Part shown: in pieces, positions 9,801 through 18,347 of the stretch
Layout: each line of letters starts with the position of its first letter
How positions within the stretch are numbered: the stretch's first letter is position 1
Translations under genes and position numbers: made by a program
Notes under the pieces: generated by a model
What the model saw: the letters and a program-made list of their open reading frames with translations, nothing else
Told to the model about the DNA's origin: nothing
Database searches by the model: none
NCBI GenBank assembly: GCA_046541875.1
Contig: JBKHCL010000003.1
Span: 598 to 64,597, forward strand
Direction of reading: 5' to 3'
DNA: 64,000 bases
Source: Phycisphaerae bacterium
Lineage (GTDB): Bacteria; Planctomycetota; Phycisphaerae; SM23-33

Positions 9801-12764
9801 CCGAAGCATTACGCCCTGGATGCTCCCCGAGGGGACTACAAGGAGCATGACCTCGACGCGGTCGTGGTCTACATGCCCAACGGTAGCCGGGCTCGGGTGG
9901 CCGTCCAGTCGGCGGTCACGACCAAGATGGTGCTCAGCGGCTGGGTGCATCCCGAGAGGTTCCGCCATCGCGGAAACGGGTACGTCATCGGCGACCTTGG
10001 CTCGAAGGAGTCCAAGGCGACGCTGATGGAATCGAAGCGTACCCAGGCCCGCGTGGAGGCCGACGTCACCGGGGAGAGCTTTGACGAGGCCGCCTGGGAG
10101 AAGGAATTCGAGGCGTGGTACCAGGCACAGATGGCCAAGCCCGGCTGGGCGCGAAATCTTACGCTGTCCCAGACGCCGCTGCACATTGCCGGGGACATGC
10201 TGATCCTGGCTGAGCGTCGTCAGCGGGTCTACAAGGAATTCGGTATCAAGGACCAGGGCGTTGCCCACGCCATCGAACGAGCCCGGGAGAAGTACGCCCG
10301 CGCCAAGGACGCCCTGAACCGCAAGGACTACCAGAGTGCCAACGGAGCCGCCCGCGAGGCGTGGGGCATCCTGATGAAGTCCTACGGACAGGTATTGGAC
10401 CTGGGTCGCGAGGCGGTCTTCTCGGTGGTGGTCCTGATGGCCCTGTTGCTGCCGGCGAGCATGTTCCTGGAGAAGCTCACTATCGGGCGGAAGGGCATTG
10501 TGGGAAAGCTGGCGGGTACGACCGTTTACTTCGTGCTGGGCACGACGTTCCTGAACTTCTTTCACCCGGGATTCAAGATCTCGGTTTCGCCGTTCATCAT
10601 CATGATCGCCTTCACGATGATCCTGATGTCGCTGATCGTGCTGATTATCTCGTATCAGCGGTTCGACGTCCTGCTTCGCCGGGCCCGCGCCGCCGGTGGC
10701 GAGGTGGAGAGCGAAGAGATCAGCCTGACCAGTTCGCTGGCGACGGCCTTGTCGATGGGCGTATCGAATCTCAAGAAACGACCGGCCCGAACGTTCCTGA
10801 CCGTTTTCACCGTAACGGTGCTGACCTTCTCGATCGTGACGTTCGTGTCGGTGCGCGGCGACGACCAGGTGGAGCTGTTGCCGCTCTCGCTGGACGAGGA
10901 TCTCTCGGGCCGCACCGTAAAGCCGATCCCGCCGAAATACCGCGGCGTGATGTTCCGCGAGTTTTTCTGGTTGACGATGGAGGACAACTTCGTGGACGCG
11001 GTGGAGACCGAGTTCGGCGCCCGCTATGACCTTGCCGTTCGCGCCCATCGCATCCAGGTGGAAGGCGGCAACAACGCCGACCGCGAAGGGATGAACCAGG
11101 AGAAGCTCACCCGGATCACGGGCACCCCGAAGAATCGCCCCACGTGGGTGGCCACCGGCATCATGGCGTTTCAGCCCGCCGAGCGGAAATTCAGTCATCT
11201 CCAACAGGCCGTCAGCAACGAGTCCTGGTTCCGCTCGGCCGACCCCATTACCGGACGGGTCGAGGACCGCGACGTAATCATCATCCCCGACAACGGGGCC
11301 GAGGCGTTGGGCATCACCGAGGAGAAGATCTTCCGTGAGGATCCCAACGGGCAGATGGTGCGTCGGGCTCACGATGAACTGCCGAAGGTGCGCCTGATGA
11401 ACCGCCAGTGGCGCGTGATCGGGATCCTCGATACGGACCTGGCCAACCGCCTGCGGGACGTCAACGGCAAGAGCCTGGCGATGGTGGACTACCTTCGCAG
11501 CGCGTTCGCCTCGGGCGCCGCCGGTGGTGGTCACCTGGCCAACGAGCCCGAATCCTACCACATGTCATGGGAAGAGCTCGTCATCGTCCCGTATGCCGCC
11601 AAGAACGACGTGAAGGCCGAGACCCGCTCGGTGGCGATCCGCCTGCGCGAGCCACAAGAGGTCACCGTCGAGCCGGGCGAGTCGCTGGCGGACCTGGCCA
11701 AGCGGTATCTGGGCAGCAAGCTACGGGCCAGGGAGATCCTCCAGGCGAACGAATCGCTCGACGACGCCGCCGACATCCAAGCCGGCATGACGGTGCAGAT
11801 TCCCGGCGACGACATGGAGACATTCCGAAACGACGTGGCCTTGCGTGTGAACAAGGCGATGTTCGGGCAGGTCGGCGGGCAGATCTCGCTGATCACGACG
11901 CAGTCCCAGCAGAGCGTAGCGGGTCTGGCGAAGGTGATCGTTCCGGTCATCCTCTGCGTTCTGATCGTTCTGAACACGATGATGGCCAATGTCGAAGAAC
12001 GTCGCGGCGAGGTGGGCATGCTCGGGGCGATCGGCCTGAGCCCGGCCCAGATCTCGTTCCTGCTTCTCAGCGAGTCGACGGTCTTCAGTGTGCTGGGGAT
12101 CGTGCTGGGCACGTTCATCGGACTGTTGTTCGCGAACGTCGCCTCGATGATCGGCATCCTGCCGGGATTGTCGTTCAACTTCACCTCGCTGCTGTCGATG
12201 GCTTTGGCGGCGGGAACGGGCATCGTGGTGTTGATCGCGACGTTGATTCCCGCCCGCAAGGCGGCGGCACTGGCGGCCCCGAGCGGCATGGCCCAGTGGG
12301 AGCTGCCCGAGCCGTCGGCCGACGGAGACATCTCCTTCGAGCTGCCCTTTACGCTCACGCGGGGCAACGCGGTGGGCATGTCCGCCTTTTTCCGTCGCTT
12401 CCTGCTGAACCACACGGACCCGGCGAGTCCGGACTTCAACTGCCGGGATATCGAGTTGTCGGTTATTGACGAACCCGACGAACAGGCCCTGCGGGTGGAT
12501 GCGGTGATGTGGCTGAGCCCGTACGATCTGGACGTGGCCCAGAAGTTCGCGCTGAAGGTGGTTCCCACCGAGAGCGAGGGCGTCTTCACGGTGGTGATTC
12601 TGCTGCACCGCACCTCCGGTACGGAGGACGCCTGGCTGCGGACCAACTACGGGTTCCTGGACCTGGTGCGCCGGCAATTCCTGCTGTGGCGCAACCTCGA
12701 CAACGATTCACGCAGCGACTACATTGCGGAAGGCGCACAGCTCTTCCAGGAGGCCGCTCAGTAA
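6858..12764 (+). CDS. Giant secreted/membrane fusion protein (~1970 aa): signal peptide, PA domain, M28/transferrin-receptor-like peptidase-like domain, LysM domains, 3-TM linker and a C-terminal FtsX/MacB-type permease module
   Basis: The track ORF starts at TTG 6834, overlapping the upstream stop. A GTG at 6858 lies 9 nt after AAGGAG and gives MTRRLITCCLVLLAAWAVAQG, a clean signal peptide. The ATG at 6837 is an alternative start. PA-like segment LEGAIVLMDFRGGRRWATLASMGVQGVIAI. M28-like segment HGANAAGNIALAIKLMEHLATDP...RKGVVFGFLDAEGLGG. LysM-like segments at aa ~320-400 (e.g. YEVKEQDLLKQIAASYEVSLDALLKANDL...GTKLTIP) and aa ~1600 (VTVEPGESLADLAKRYLG...AGMTVQIPG). FtsX TM1-like KRPARTFLTVFTVTVLTFSIVTFVSV. 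FtsX C-terminal domain VLNTMMANVEERRGEVGMLGAIGLSPAQISFLLLSESTVFSVLGIVLG followed by two more TMs. Confidence 0.85.
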   Translation: MTRRLITCCLVLLAAWAVAQGGERNEKIQKDIDVPVRKQLESYSALSPQGLEALDRVSSSAALRAEMEEILKGNLSVGARQVDANGRAHIHRYLDRKFDALSERGLRKLGAITGQVAVPVSIRNARSLGEKGNARGRSRVTIDGVRWADGNSCHLLPMWPNGPMPSICPVGGLSGPLVYVEDGSWEALRGLPLEGAIVLMDFRGGRRWATLASMGVQGVIAIEDEHVSRDKAERWFVNTPVPLPRFYVDRKRGQELIAHATRKEYPEKGDQWRIVKGKAATMHGGNVYEQRRFESPFVYLPPTEPIIHTVMERELLRRLGDKYGVAGEDIAVLNRLGDSPPKAGTKLKIPGKDETYEVKEQDLLKQIAASYEVSLDALLKANDLDKDKEDQGISAGTKLTIPNINQSLVILVRIDSCSVVPDAPHGANAAGNIALAIKLMEHLATDPSVIRRKGVVFGFLDAEGLGGRTSRAVTESMLLKENKLKLRPKEDPANRIKRYRQVVAWLEADQSGKIGYDTAKWLADEWLYSRLESLRIRLAEERTRLRRRLRELPEDSAEAREIETRLDEIKLLVWGKDPREADGGLVDLRDETIKNTSLSYPERTKRFLRTVPQTIAEARDQDMPELALPTLQARLKAELAEEQESYDISQGNLDVIGKILDAMVPSKDQPSLAYQLDLADATHSLGIVSENKDFRRNHPAAGNAKALAKRYRKVLAYAAVQAGWPEDFLILTNDDVLHHALMKLQSPPIYPEFWAGVDVSLLALSTQNDTKQKLDSPRDTLDRVKWENLHIQARSAMLLLRLGLESPLDSLPPAKINKKPKFGRLTGKIAEFNMRSGIDAQDPIAGAYVYYPALKKDHGTHAHNTLAYRGARRGILMITPLNGIYTLPLEDASYDDALLLYSYLLDSETGLFNKVADQGQIGSQRANPKFKLLDLEETEKKIVLTEVYPWMFFPGVDPREYKVVGETESQFHLVDVVRNGDPKHYALDAPRGDYKEHDLDAVVVYMPNGSRARVAVQSAVTTKMVLSGWVHPERFRHRGNGYVIGDLGSKESKATLMESKRTQARVEADVTGESFDEAAWEKEFEAWYQAQMAKPGWARNLTLSQTPLHIAGDMLILAERRQRVYKEFGIKDQGVAHAIERAREKYARAKDALNRKDYQSANGAAREAWGILMKSYGQVLDLGREAVFSVVVLMALLLPASMFLEKLTIGRKGIVGKLAGTTVYFVLGTTFLNFFHPGFKISVSPFIIMIAFTMILMSLIVLIISYQRFDVLLRRARAAGGEVESEEISLTSSLATALSMGVSNLKKRPARTFLTVFTVTVLTFSIVTFVSVRGDDQVELLPLSLDEDLSGRTVKPIPPKYRGVMFREFFWLTMEDNFVDAVETEFGARYDLAVRAHRIQVEGGNNADREGMNQEKLTRITGTPKNRPTWVATGIMAFQPAERKFSHLQQAVSNESWFRSADPITGRVEDRDVIIIPDNGAEALGITEEKIFREDPNGQMVRRAHDELPKVRLMNRQWRVIGILDTDLANRLRDVNGKSLAMVDYLRSAFASGAAGGGHLANEPESYHMSWEELVIVPYAAKNDVKAETRSVAIRLREPQEVTVEPGESLADLAKRYLGSKLRAREILQANESLDDAADIQAGMTVQIPGDDMETFRNDVALRVNKAMFGQVGGQISLITTQSQQSVAGLAKVIVPVILCVLIVLNTMMANVEERRGEVGMLGAIGLSPAQISFLLLSESTVFSVLGIVLGTFIGLLFANVASMIGILPGLSFNFTSLLSMALAAGTGIVVLIATLIPARKAAALAAPSGMAQWELPEPSADGDISFELPFTLTRGNAVGMSAFFRRFLLNHTDPASPDFNCRDIELSVIDEPDEQALRVDAVMWLSPYDLDVAQKFALKVVPTESEGVFTVVILLHRTSGTEDAWLRTNYGFLDLVRRQFLLWRNLDNDSRSDYIAEGAQLFQEAAQ

Positions 12765-12765
12765 C

Positions 12766-14817
12766 ATGGCTGAGAATTCGGGTAAGAAGAAGGCGTCGGG
12801 CGAGAAGTTCTACGACGCCAAGTTCTCCATCGAGGCGATCCAGCACCACCCCTATGAGAACGGGTTCACCTGGCGGACCGTTCTCGGTGCGCTGTTCGTG
12901 GCGTTCGTGATGCTCCCGGGCGTGATTTTCATGGGGCTGATGATCGGTCAGAGCCTCGGGACTGCCGCCGAGTGGGTGACGATCATCCTCTTCGTGGAGT
13001 TGGCCCGCCGCTCGTTCGTGACGCTGCGGAAGCAGGAGCTGTACATGCTCCGCTACACCGTCGGGTCGCTGTCGCACTTCTCGGGCGGGGTCGCTCTGGG
13101 CGGTGGGATGTTTGCCTACCTGGTGTTCAACCGCTATCTGCGAAACAGCGAGGAATTCCACAACTTCGGCATCGCCCAGGATGTGCCCGACTGGTTCGCT
13201 CCATACGGGGACGCCGCCTATACGAGCTTCCTCAACTCGGTCTGGTGGCCGGTGATCGCCGTGATGGTCGGGGGCATGATCCTCTCGAAGCTCACCTCGC
13301 TTTCCCTGGGATACCTCGGATACAAGCTGACCTCCGACGTCGAGAAGCTTCCCTTCCCGCTGGCCCCGGTTCACGCCGAGGGGGCCATCGCCCTGGCTGA
13401 GCGCTCGCAGGATGAAAACTCCCGTGGCTTCCGGCAGTACTGCTTCTCGATCGGCGTGATCCTCGGTGCGGTGTTCGGCATTCTGTACACGGCGATCCCG
13501 ATTCTCTCCCAGGCGGTGCTCTCCCGGCCGATCCATCTGCTGCAGATCCCGTTCTGGGACTTCACCGAGATGTGTGAGAACTTCCTGCCGGCGGCGACGA
13601 TCACGCTGGGTTCGAACCTGATGCTCCTGTTTCTTGGGTTCGTGCTGCCCTGGCGGATCGTCGTGGGCGGGTTCGTCACCGGCGTGCTGTTCCAGGTGAT
13701 TCTCAACCCGTTCGTATTCCATCCGCTGGGGATGCTTCCTCACTGGGAGCCCGGCAAGGACGCCATCAAGACGCACGTGTCCAACCAGATCGACCTGTAC
13801 CTCTCGATCGGTATGGGGACGGCCTTCGCGGTGGCGGTGCTGGGTATCTACGGAATGATCCGCAGCGTGCTGAAATACAGCAGATCCACCGCCGAGGAAG
13901 AACGATCGGTCGACCTGCGGAACTTCTGGAAACGCGACGTGGAACGTGGCGACCCGCCGACCGGGGCGGCGTTGCTGGTGTGGATCTTCTCGGCGGCGGG
14001 GTTCGTGATACTGTCCTACTATCTGGTGAACTTCCGTCGGGGCGCGATCCTTCCGCCCGAGGAAAGGTTCCCATGGTACTGGCTGGCGCTGTTCGCGTTC
14101 ATCTGGACGCCGATCAACACGTACATCAACGCGCGGATGAGCGGTATTGCAGGCCAACACGCGGGCATCCCGTATATCAAAGAGGCCTTCATCTTCCTCT
14201 CGGGGTATCGGCAGGTGAACATCTGGTTCGCTCCGCTGCCGATCCATAACTACGGTAACATGTCCGACAAGCTGCGGGTCTGTCAGTTAACGCGAACAAA
14301 GTTCTCTTCCATCCTGCGGGCGGAGCTGTTCATCTTCCCGTTGATGTTGTTTGCGTCGTTCATCTTCTGGAACTACATCACCAGCCTGGGCCCGATTCCC
14401 TCGGATCGCTATCCGTTCGTGCAGAAGTTCTGGCCGCAGTTCGCGCAGATGAAGGCGCTGTGGGCGGCCGGCATGCAGGAAGGTCAGTCGCTGCTGATGC
14501 AATCGCTCAAACCCAGTGTGATCTTCACCAGTCTGGGCACGACGCTGCTTCTGTTCATCGGGTTCGGGTGGCTGGGGGTCTCCGCCCAGTATATCTACGG
14601 TGGAATCGGCGGGCTGAACCGCTACCCCCACGAGCCGTTGACGATGTTCCTGGGCGGCCTGCTGGGGCGGTACGTGCTGGCCAAGCGGTTCGGACAGGAG
14701 CGCTGGCAGAACTACGCCCCGATTCTGGTGGTGGGCTTCGGTGCGGGGATGGGCCTCTCGTCAATGATTGCCATCGCCATCAACTTCCTCTGGACTTCGA
14801 TTGGAAGCGGTTTCTGA
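12766..14817 (+). CDS. Polytopic membrane protein, OPT-superfamily-like (684 aa); paralog of the 3889-6837 protein
   Basis: ATG at 12766 two nt after the giant gene's TAA, with AGGAGG upstream. About 14-16 TM helices. N-terminal FTWRTVLGALFVAFVMLPGVIFMGLMIGQSLG...EWVTIILFVELARR resembles OPT-family first helices. C-terminal ...LGGLLGRYVLAKRFGQERWQNYAPILVVGFGAG parallels the C-terminus of the 982-aa protein. Confidence 0.8.
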   Translation: MAENSGKKKASGEKFYDAKFSIEAIQHHPYENGFTWRTVLGALFVAFVMLPGVIFMGLMIGQSLGTAAEWVTIILFVELARRSFVTLRKQELYMLRYTVGSLSHFSGGVALGGGMFAYLVFNRYLRNSEEFHNFGIAQDVPDWFAPYGDAAYTSFLNSVWWPVIAVMVGGMILSKLTSLSLGYLGYKLTSDVEKLPFPLAPVHAEGAIALAERSQDENSRGFRQYCFSIGVILGAVFGILYTAIPILSQAVLSRPIHLLQIPFWDFTEMCENFLPAATITLGSNLMLLFLGFVLPWRIVVGGFVTGVLFQVILNPFVFHPLGMLPHWEPGKDAIKTHVSNQIDLYLSIGMGTAFAVAVLGIYGMIRSVLKYSRSTAEEERSVDLRNFWKRDVERGDPPTGAALLVWIFSAAGFVILSYYLVNFRRGAILPPEERFPWYWLALFAFIWTPINTYINARMSGIAGQHAGIPYIKEAFIFLSGYRQVNIWFAPLPIHNYGNMSDKLRVCQLTRTKFSSILRAELFIFPLMLFASFIFWNYITSLGPIPSDRYPFVQKFWPQFAQMKALWAAGMQEGQSLLMQSLKPSVIFTSLGTTLLLFIGFGWLGVSAQYIYGGIGGLNRYPHEPLTMFLGGLLGRYVLAKRFGQERWQNYAPILVVGFGAGMGLSSMIAIAINFLWTSIGSGF

Positions 14818-14818
14818 C

Positions 14819-15478
14819 ATGGTCACGCGAGAATGGGAAATCGGACAGCTTCACCTTCGCTGGGACCTGGTCTGGTCGATGGCGATGAGCAGCCTGAAGG
14901 TCCGCATGATGCGGTCCTTCCTGACCTGCCTGACCATCACGACGGCCACCGCGTTCATGGCGTATCTGCTCGCCAGCCCGCGGAAAACCGGCGACGTCAC
15001 CGAGATGCAGAGTTGGTTGCTGATGCTCGTTCTGGCGCTGATCGTATCCGGCGCGGGCGTGCTCAACGCGATGCTCATGTCCGTCGCCCAGCGATACCGC
15101 GAGATCGGGACCATCAAGTGTCTCGGCGCGCTGGACACGCTGGTCCTGTGGATGGTGCTGGTCGAATCGGCCATCCTCGGGTTGGCCGGTGCGGTGGTGG
15201 GGCTTTTGGTGGGCCTGCTGTTCTCGCTGCTGCTGGGCATGGCCGATTTCGGGCTGGGATATTTCGCGACGTTCTTCGTGGGCACCATGCCCCCCGAGCA
15301 ACTGCCCGGGTGGCTGGCGTCGACGTTCCCCGACGGGATGAACCGCATGATCTGGCTGCTGGGCACGATGGTCTTCGTGTTCGTGGTGGGCATGGGGCTG
15401 ACCACCCTCGGGGCGGCGATCCCGGCGTATATCGCTTCCAAGATGCCGCCCGTCGAGGCGATGCGGGGCGAGAAGTAG
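14819..15478 (+). CDS. Minimal FtsX-like ABC permease (219 aa, 4 TM, no large extracytoplasmic domain)
   Basis: Start overlaps the upstream stop (TGAcATG). TM1 preceded by KVRMMRSFLTCLTITTATAFMAYLL, a pattern typical of FtsX/MacB TM1. C-terminal MSVAQRYREIGTIKCLGALDTLVLWMVLVESAILGLAGAVVGLLVG matches the FtsX signature region. The TM1-TM2 loop is only ~15 aa. Confidence 0.75.
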   Translation: MVTREWEIGQLHLRWDLVWSMAMSSLKVRMMRSFLTCLTITTATAFMAYLLASPRKTGDVTEMQSWLLMLVLALIVSGAGVLNAMLMSVAQRYREIGTIKCLGALDTLVLWMVLVESAILGLAGAVVGLLVGLLFSLLLGMADFGLGYFATFFVGTMPPEQLPGWLASTFPDGMNRMIWLLGTMVFVFVVGMGLTTLGAAIPAYIASKMPPVEAMRGEK

Positions 15479-15515
15479 CCAACGCACAACGCCCCGCGCG
15501 GGCGGAGAGAATCCT

Positions 15516-16286
15516 ATGACGCAGCAGAAAATCAACTGGTTCACCGACCTCGAAGAATCGGTCGACTATACCGTGATGACCAAGAACGTCACGAAGATCT
15601 ACGAGATGGGCGACACCAGGATCCAGGCGCTGGACAACGTGACGGTCTCCATCCAGACCGGCGAGTACATCTCCATCATGGGTCCGTCGGGCTCGGGCAA
15701 GACCACGCTGTTCAACGCCATCGGCGGACTGATGAAGCCCACCTCCGGCAGCGTCTTCATCGACGAGATCGACGTCGCCCAACTGGACGCCAACGAACTG
15801 GCCTGGCTGCGCTGCCGAAAGATCGGCTACATCTTCCAGAGCTACAATATCGTCAAGGTCATGACCGCCCTGGAGAACGTCGTGCTGCCGATGCTCTTCG
15901 CCGGCGTTCCGGGCGACGAGGCCCAGGATCGCGGCGTGGACATCCTCTCGCGCGTCGGGCTGGGAGACCGCATCCTGCACACCCCCAAGGAACTGTCCGG
16001 CGGCCAGCAGCAACGCGTCGCCATCGCCCGGGCGTTCGCGAACAACCCGGCGATCATCCTGGCCGACGAACCCACCGCGAACCTCGACCTCAAGACCGGG
16101 GCCGAGATCATCCAACTGATGAAGGACATGAACCGCGAGCGCGGCGTGACGGTGATCTGCTCCACCCACGACCACGCCATGCTGGACATCTCCGACCGGA
16201 TCATCTGGATGGAGGACGGGCAGGTCAAACGCATCGCCGACCGCGACGATGTGGACATCAAGGTCGACGTGTTCGAAGAGCAGTAA
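15516..16286 (+). CDS. ABC transporter ATP-binding protein, MacB/LolD/FtsE-type (ATPase 2)
   Basis: GGAGAG RBS before the ATG. Walker A GPSGSGKTT, signature LSGGQQQRVAIARAF, Walker B ILADEPTANLD and H-loop STHDH are all present. Clear paralog of the 3048-3815 ATPase. Confidence 0.9.
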   Translation: MTQQKINWFTDLEESVDYTVMTKNVTKIYEMGDTRIQALDNVTVSIQTGEYISIMGPSGSGKTTLFNAIGGLMKPTSGSVFIDEIDVAQLDANELAWLRCRKIGYIFQSYNIVKVMTALENVVLPMLFAGVPGDEAQDRGVDILSRVGLGDRILHTPKELSGGQQQRVAIARAFANNPAIILADEPTANLDLKTGAEIIQLMKDMNRERGVTVICSTHDHAMLDISDRIIWMEDGQVKRIADRDDVDIKVDVFEEQ

Positions 16287-16393
16287 TCCCCGCCGCCCCG
16301 GCGGCGTACAATGTTCGACGGCCCGATGACCCTGCCGCTTTCGTGGCGCAGGCTCGTGGCTGCACACCTCAACCGATCGCAAGGAGACGCACC

Positions 16394-18310
16394 ATGAGGA
16401 CCTCCGCACGCCTGAGACTCTTTGTCGCAATCGTGGCCATCCTGGCCTCCGCTGGGTCAGCCCTGTCGGCCGACCCGCTGGGCCCGTCGGATGCGAACTG
16501 GCCCTATCCCTTCAAGACGGTCAAGACCCACCCGGGCGCCAAGGCGGCCCCCGCTTCCAGCCCCGAGACCTACCCGCACTCCAAGGCGTTCTTCCAGCGC
16601 GCCCGAAAGGTCATCCAGGGTCTCGGCGACGAGGATCTGGGCAAGTGGCGTCGCGGCTGGTTCGCACGCGGCGGGGACCCGGCCAAGTACCTCATCGGGG
16701 CGGCGATGGCCCGGCTGATCGCCGACGGCGACGACGCCCAGGCCCGGAAGTACATGAACGACGAGCGGACCTACAAGGAGCACTACCATTTCGGCACGGT
16801 CAACTGGGCACGGTTCTACCCGCTGTTCGGTGAGAAGGTGCTCTCCAAGGAGATACAACAGAAATTCGCCGATGCAGGCTTCCGGTACGGGTCGTATTCC
16901 TCGCCGCGAGGAACGGAGAATCACAAGGTCATGTGGTGGACCTCCGCCAACGTGCTGCCGTATTACACCGGCAAGGGGCTCTCCCGCCGCTCGGTCAAGG
17001 CGACCCTCCAGCACGGCAAGCAGCAGTTGCGAAGCTACGTCAAGGGCCTGTACAAGGCAGGGCAGGGCGAATGGGACTCGTCCACGTACCTGATGTTCGA
17101 CGTCAACGGCATGTTGAACATTTACGACTTCTCGGAGGACGCCGAGGCCCGCCTGCTCGCCAAGGCCGCCCTCGACTGGTACCTCGCCGGATATGCCCTG
17201 AAGTACACCGACGGGGTCTACTGCGCCCCCAACCAGCGAGGCTACGCGCCGGGACCGGTCGAGAAGATCGCCGACGAGACCGGCTATCTCTGGTGGGGCA
17301 GCCGAGCGAAAATCACCCCCGAAGACCTCTCCAATGCCCGCCACACACTGCACGCGATTACCTCGGCCTATCGTCCCAACAAGGTCATCACGAACATCGC
17401 CACGAAGAACCTGCCCAAGCTGCCGGCCGAGCAGCGCAACACCAAGCCGAACTACTGGCATGGCCTTCGCCTGGAACCCAACCCCGGCGTGTACCACGAG
17501 AGTGTCTACCTCAGCAAGCACTACACAATGGGCTCGCTGTGGAACGGCCATGGCGGACAGATGTCCCGCTTCCAGATCGTCGCCGGCACGCCCGATGGCG
17601 GCGTTCCCTTCACCGGCGGCCACCCGACCGGCTACAAGTACAAAGACGGCGGCGGCAAGTACGACCAGACCGCCCAGGTCGGAGCGGTGCATGTGTTGCT
17701 CTCGCGTATCGCCAAGGACGACCCGGTCGGGTATGTCTTCTTCTCGTTGCCCGAGGGTGTCGAGAAGCCCACGCGCCACGGCGAGTGGTATCTCATCACT
17801 GCCGGCAAGACGTACCTGGCGCTGCTGCCGCTGAGCGAGAAGTCCGAGATCGGCAAGACCGAGTTGTCGCCCAAGCAGAAGCAGCGAAACGCCAAAGCAA
17901 TCGAGCAGGGCAAGGACCCGCGCTACACCCCCAAGCCCATTCTCAAGCTCCACGGGCCCAGCACCGGCTGGGTGCTGGTCACCGGCGACGCCGGCACGTA
18001 CGATTCACCGGATGCCTTCAAGGCGTCCCTGGGCAAACGCAAGGTGGACGTCTCCGGTTGGCCCACAAAGGGGCACGTATCGTTCGTGACGCCTGACGGC
18101 AGAGATACCCGCGTGTCGTACCAGGAAGGCAAGGATCGTCCCGCCGTCGCGATCGACGGAACGGTCGTCGACTACGACCAGTGGGACGCCGTCTACGCCG
18201 GCCCGTATGTCAAACAGGACGACGGCGTGCTGAGGGTTACGGATGGAAAAGACGGGTTCATCGTCGATTTCACCGGCGAGAAGCCCGTCTACAAGCCGTG
18301 GAAGAAGTAG
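16394..18310 (+). CDS. Secreted hypothetical protein (638 aa), possibly a carbohydrate-active enzyme
   Basis: AAGGAGA RBS and signal peptide MRTSARLRLFVAIVAILASAGSALSA. W/Y-rich mature protein typical of secreted glycan-active proteins. No family recognised by eye. Confidence 0.8.
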   Translation: MRTSARLRLFVAIVAILASAGSALSADPLGPSDANWPYPFKTVKTHPGAKAAPASSPETYPHSKAFFQRARKVIQGLGDEDLGKWRRGWFARGGDPAKYLIGAAMARLIADGDDAQARKYMNDERTYKEHYHFGTVNWARFYPLFGEKVLSKEIQQKFADAGFRYGSYSSPRGTENHKVMWWTSANVLPYYTGKGLSRRSVKATLQHGKQQLRSYVKGLYKAGQGEWDSSTYLMFDVNGMLNIYDFSEDAEARLLAKAALDWYLAGYALKYTDGVYCAPNQRGYAPGPVEKIADETGYLWWGSRAKITPEDLSNARHTLHAITSAYRPNKVITNIATKNLPKLPAEQRNTKPNYWHGLRLEPNPGVYHESVYLSKHYTMGSLWNGHGGQMSRFQIVAGTPDGGVPFTGGHPTGYKYKDGGGKYDQTAQVGAVHVLLSRIAKDDPVGYVFFSLPEGVEKPTRHGEWYLITAGKTYLALLPLSEKSEIGKTELSPKQKQRNAKAIEQGKDPRYTPKPILKLHGPSTGWVLVTGDAGTYDSPDAFKASLGKRKVDVSGWPTKGHVSFVTPDGRDTRVSYQEGKDRPAVAIDGTVVDYDQWDAVYAGPYVKQDDGVLRVTDGKDGFIVDFTGEKPVYKPWKK

Positions 18311-18347
18311 TCCGAATCGGCTGCCTGTGCAGCCAGGAGGCAATACC

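Noticed and set aside
5110-12646. Long minus-strand ORFs (5110-6813, 6831-8183, 9249-11561, 11555-12646, 12586-14247) and other 100-1000-aa ORFs antisense to annotated genes (e.g. 18426-20108, 20279-22240, 31245-34328, 55185-57047, 58259-61765)
   Set aside because: They lie antisense to strongly supported genes, are R/H/D/G/P-rich, and lack RBSs. These are high-GC antisense artefacts.
13600-13620. tRNA T-loop-like GGTTCGAACC
   Set aside because: It lies inside the OPT-like coding region in frame (LGSNL). No cloverleaf context and no tRNA or rRNA recognised anywhere in the window.
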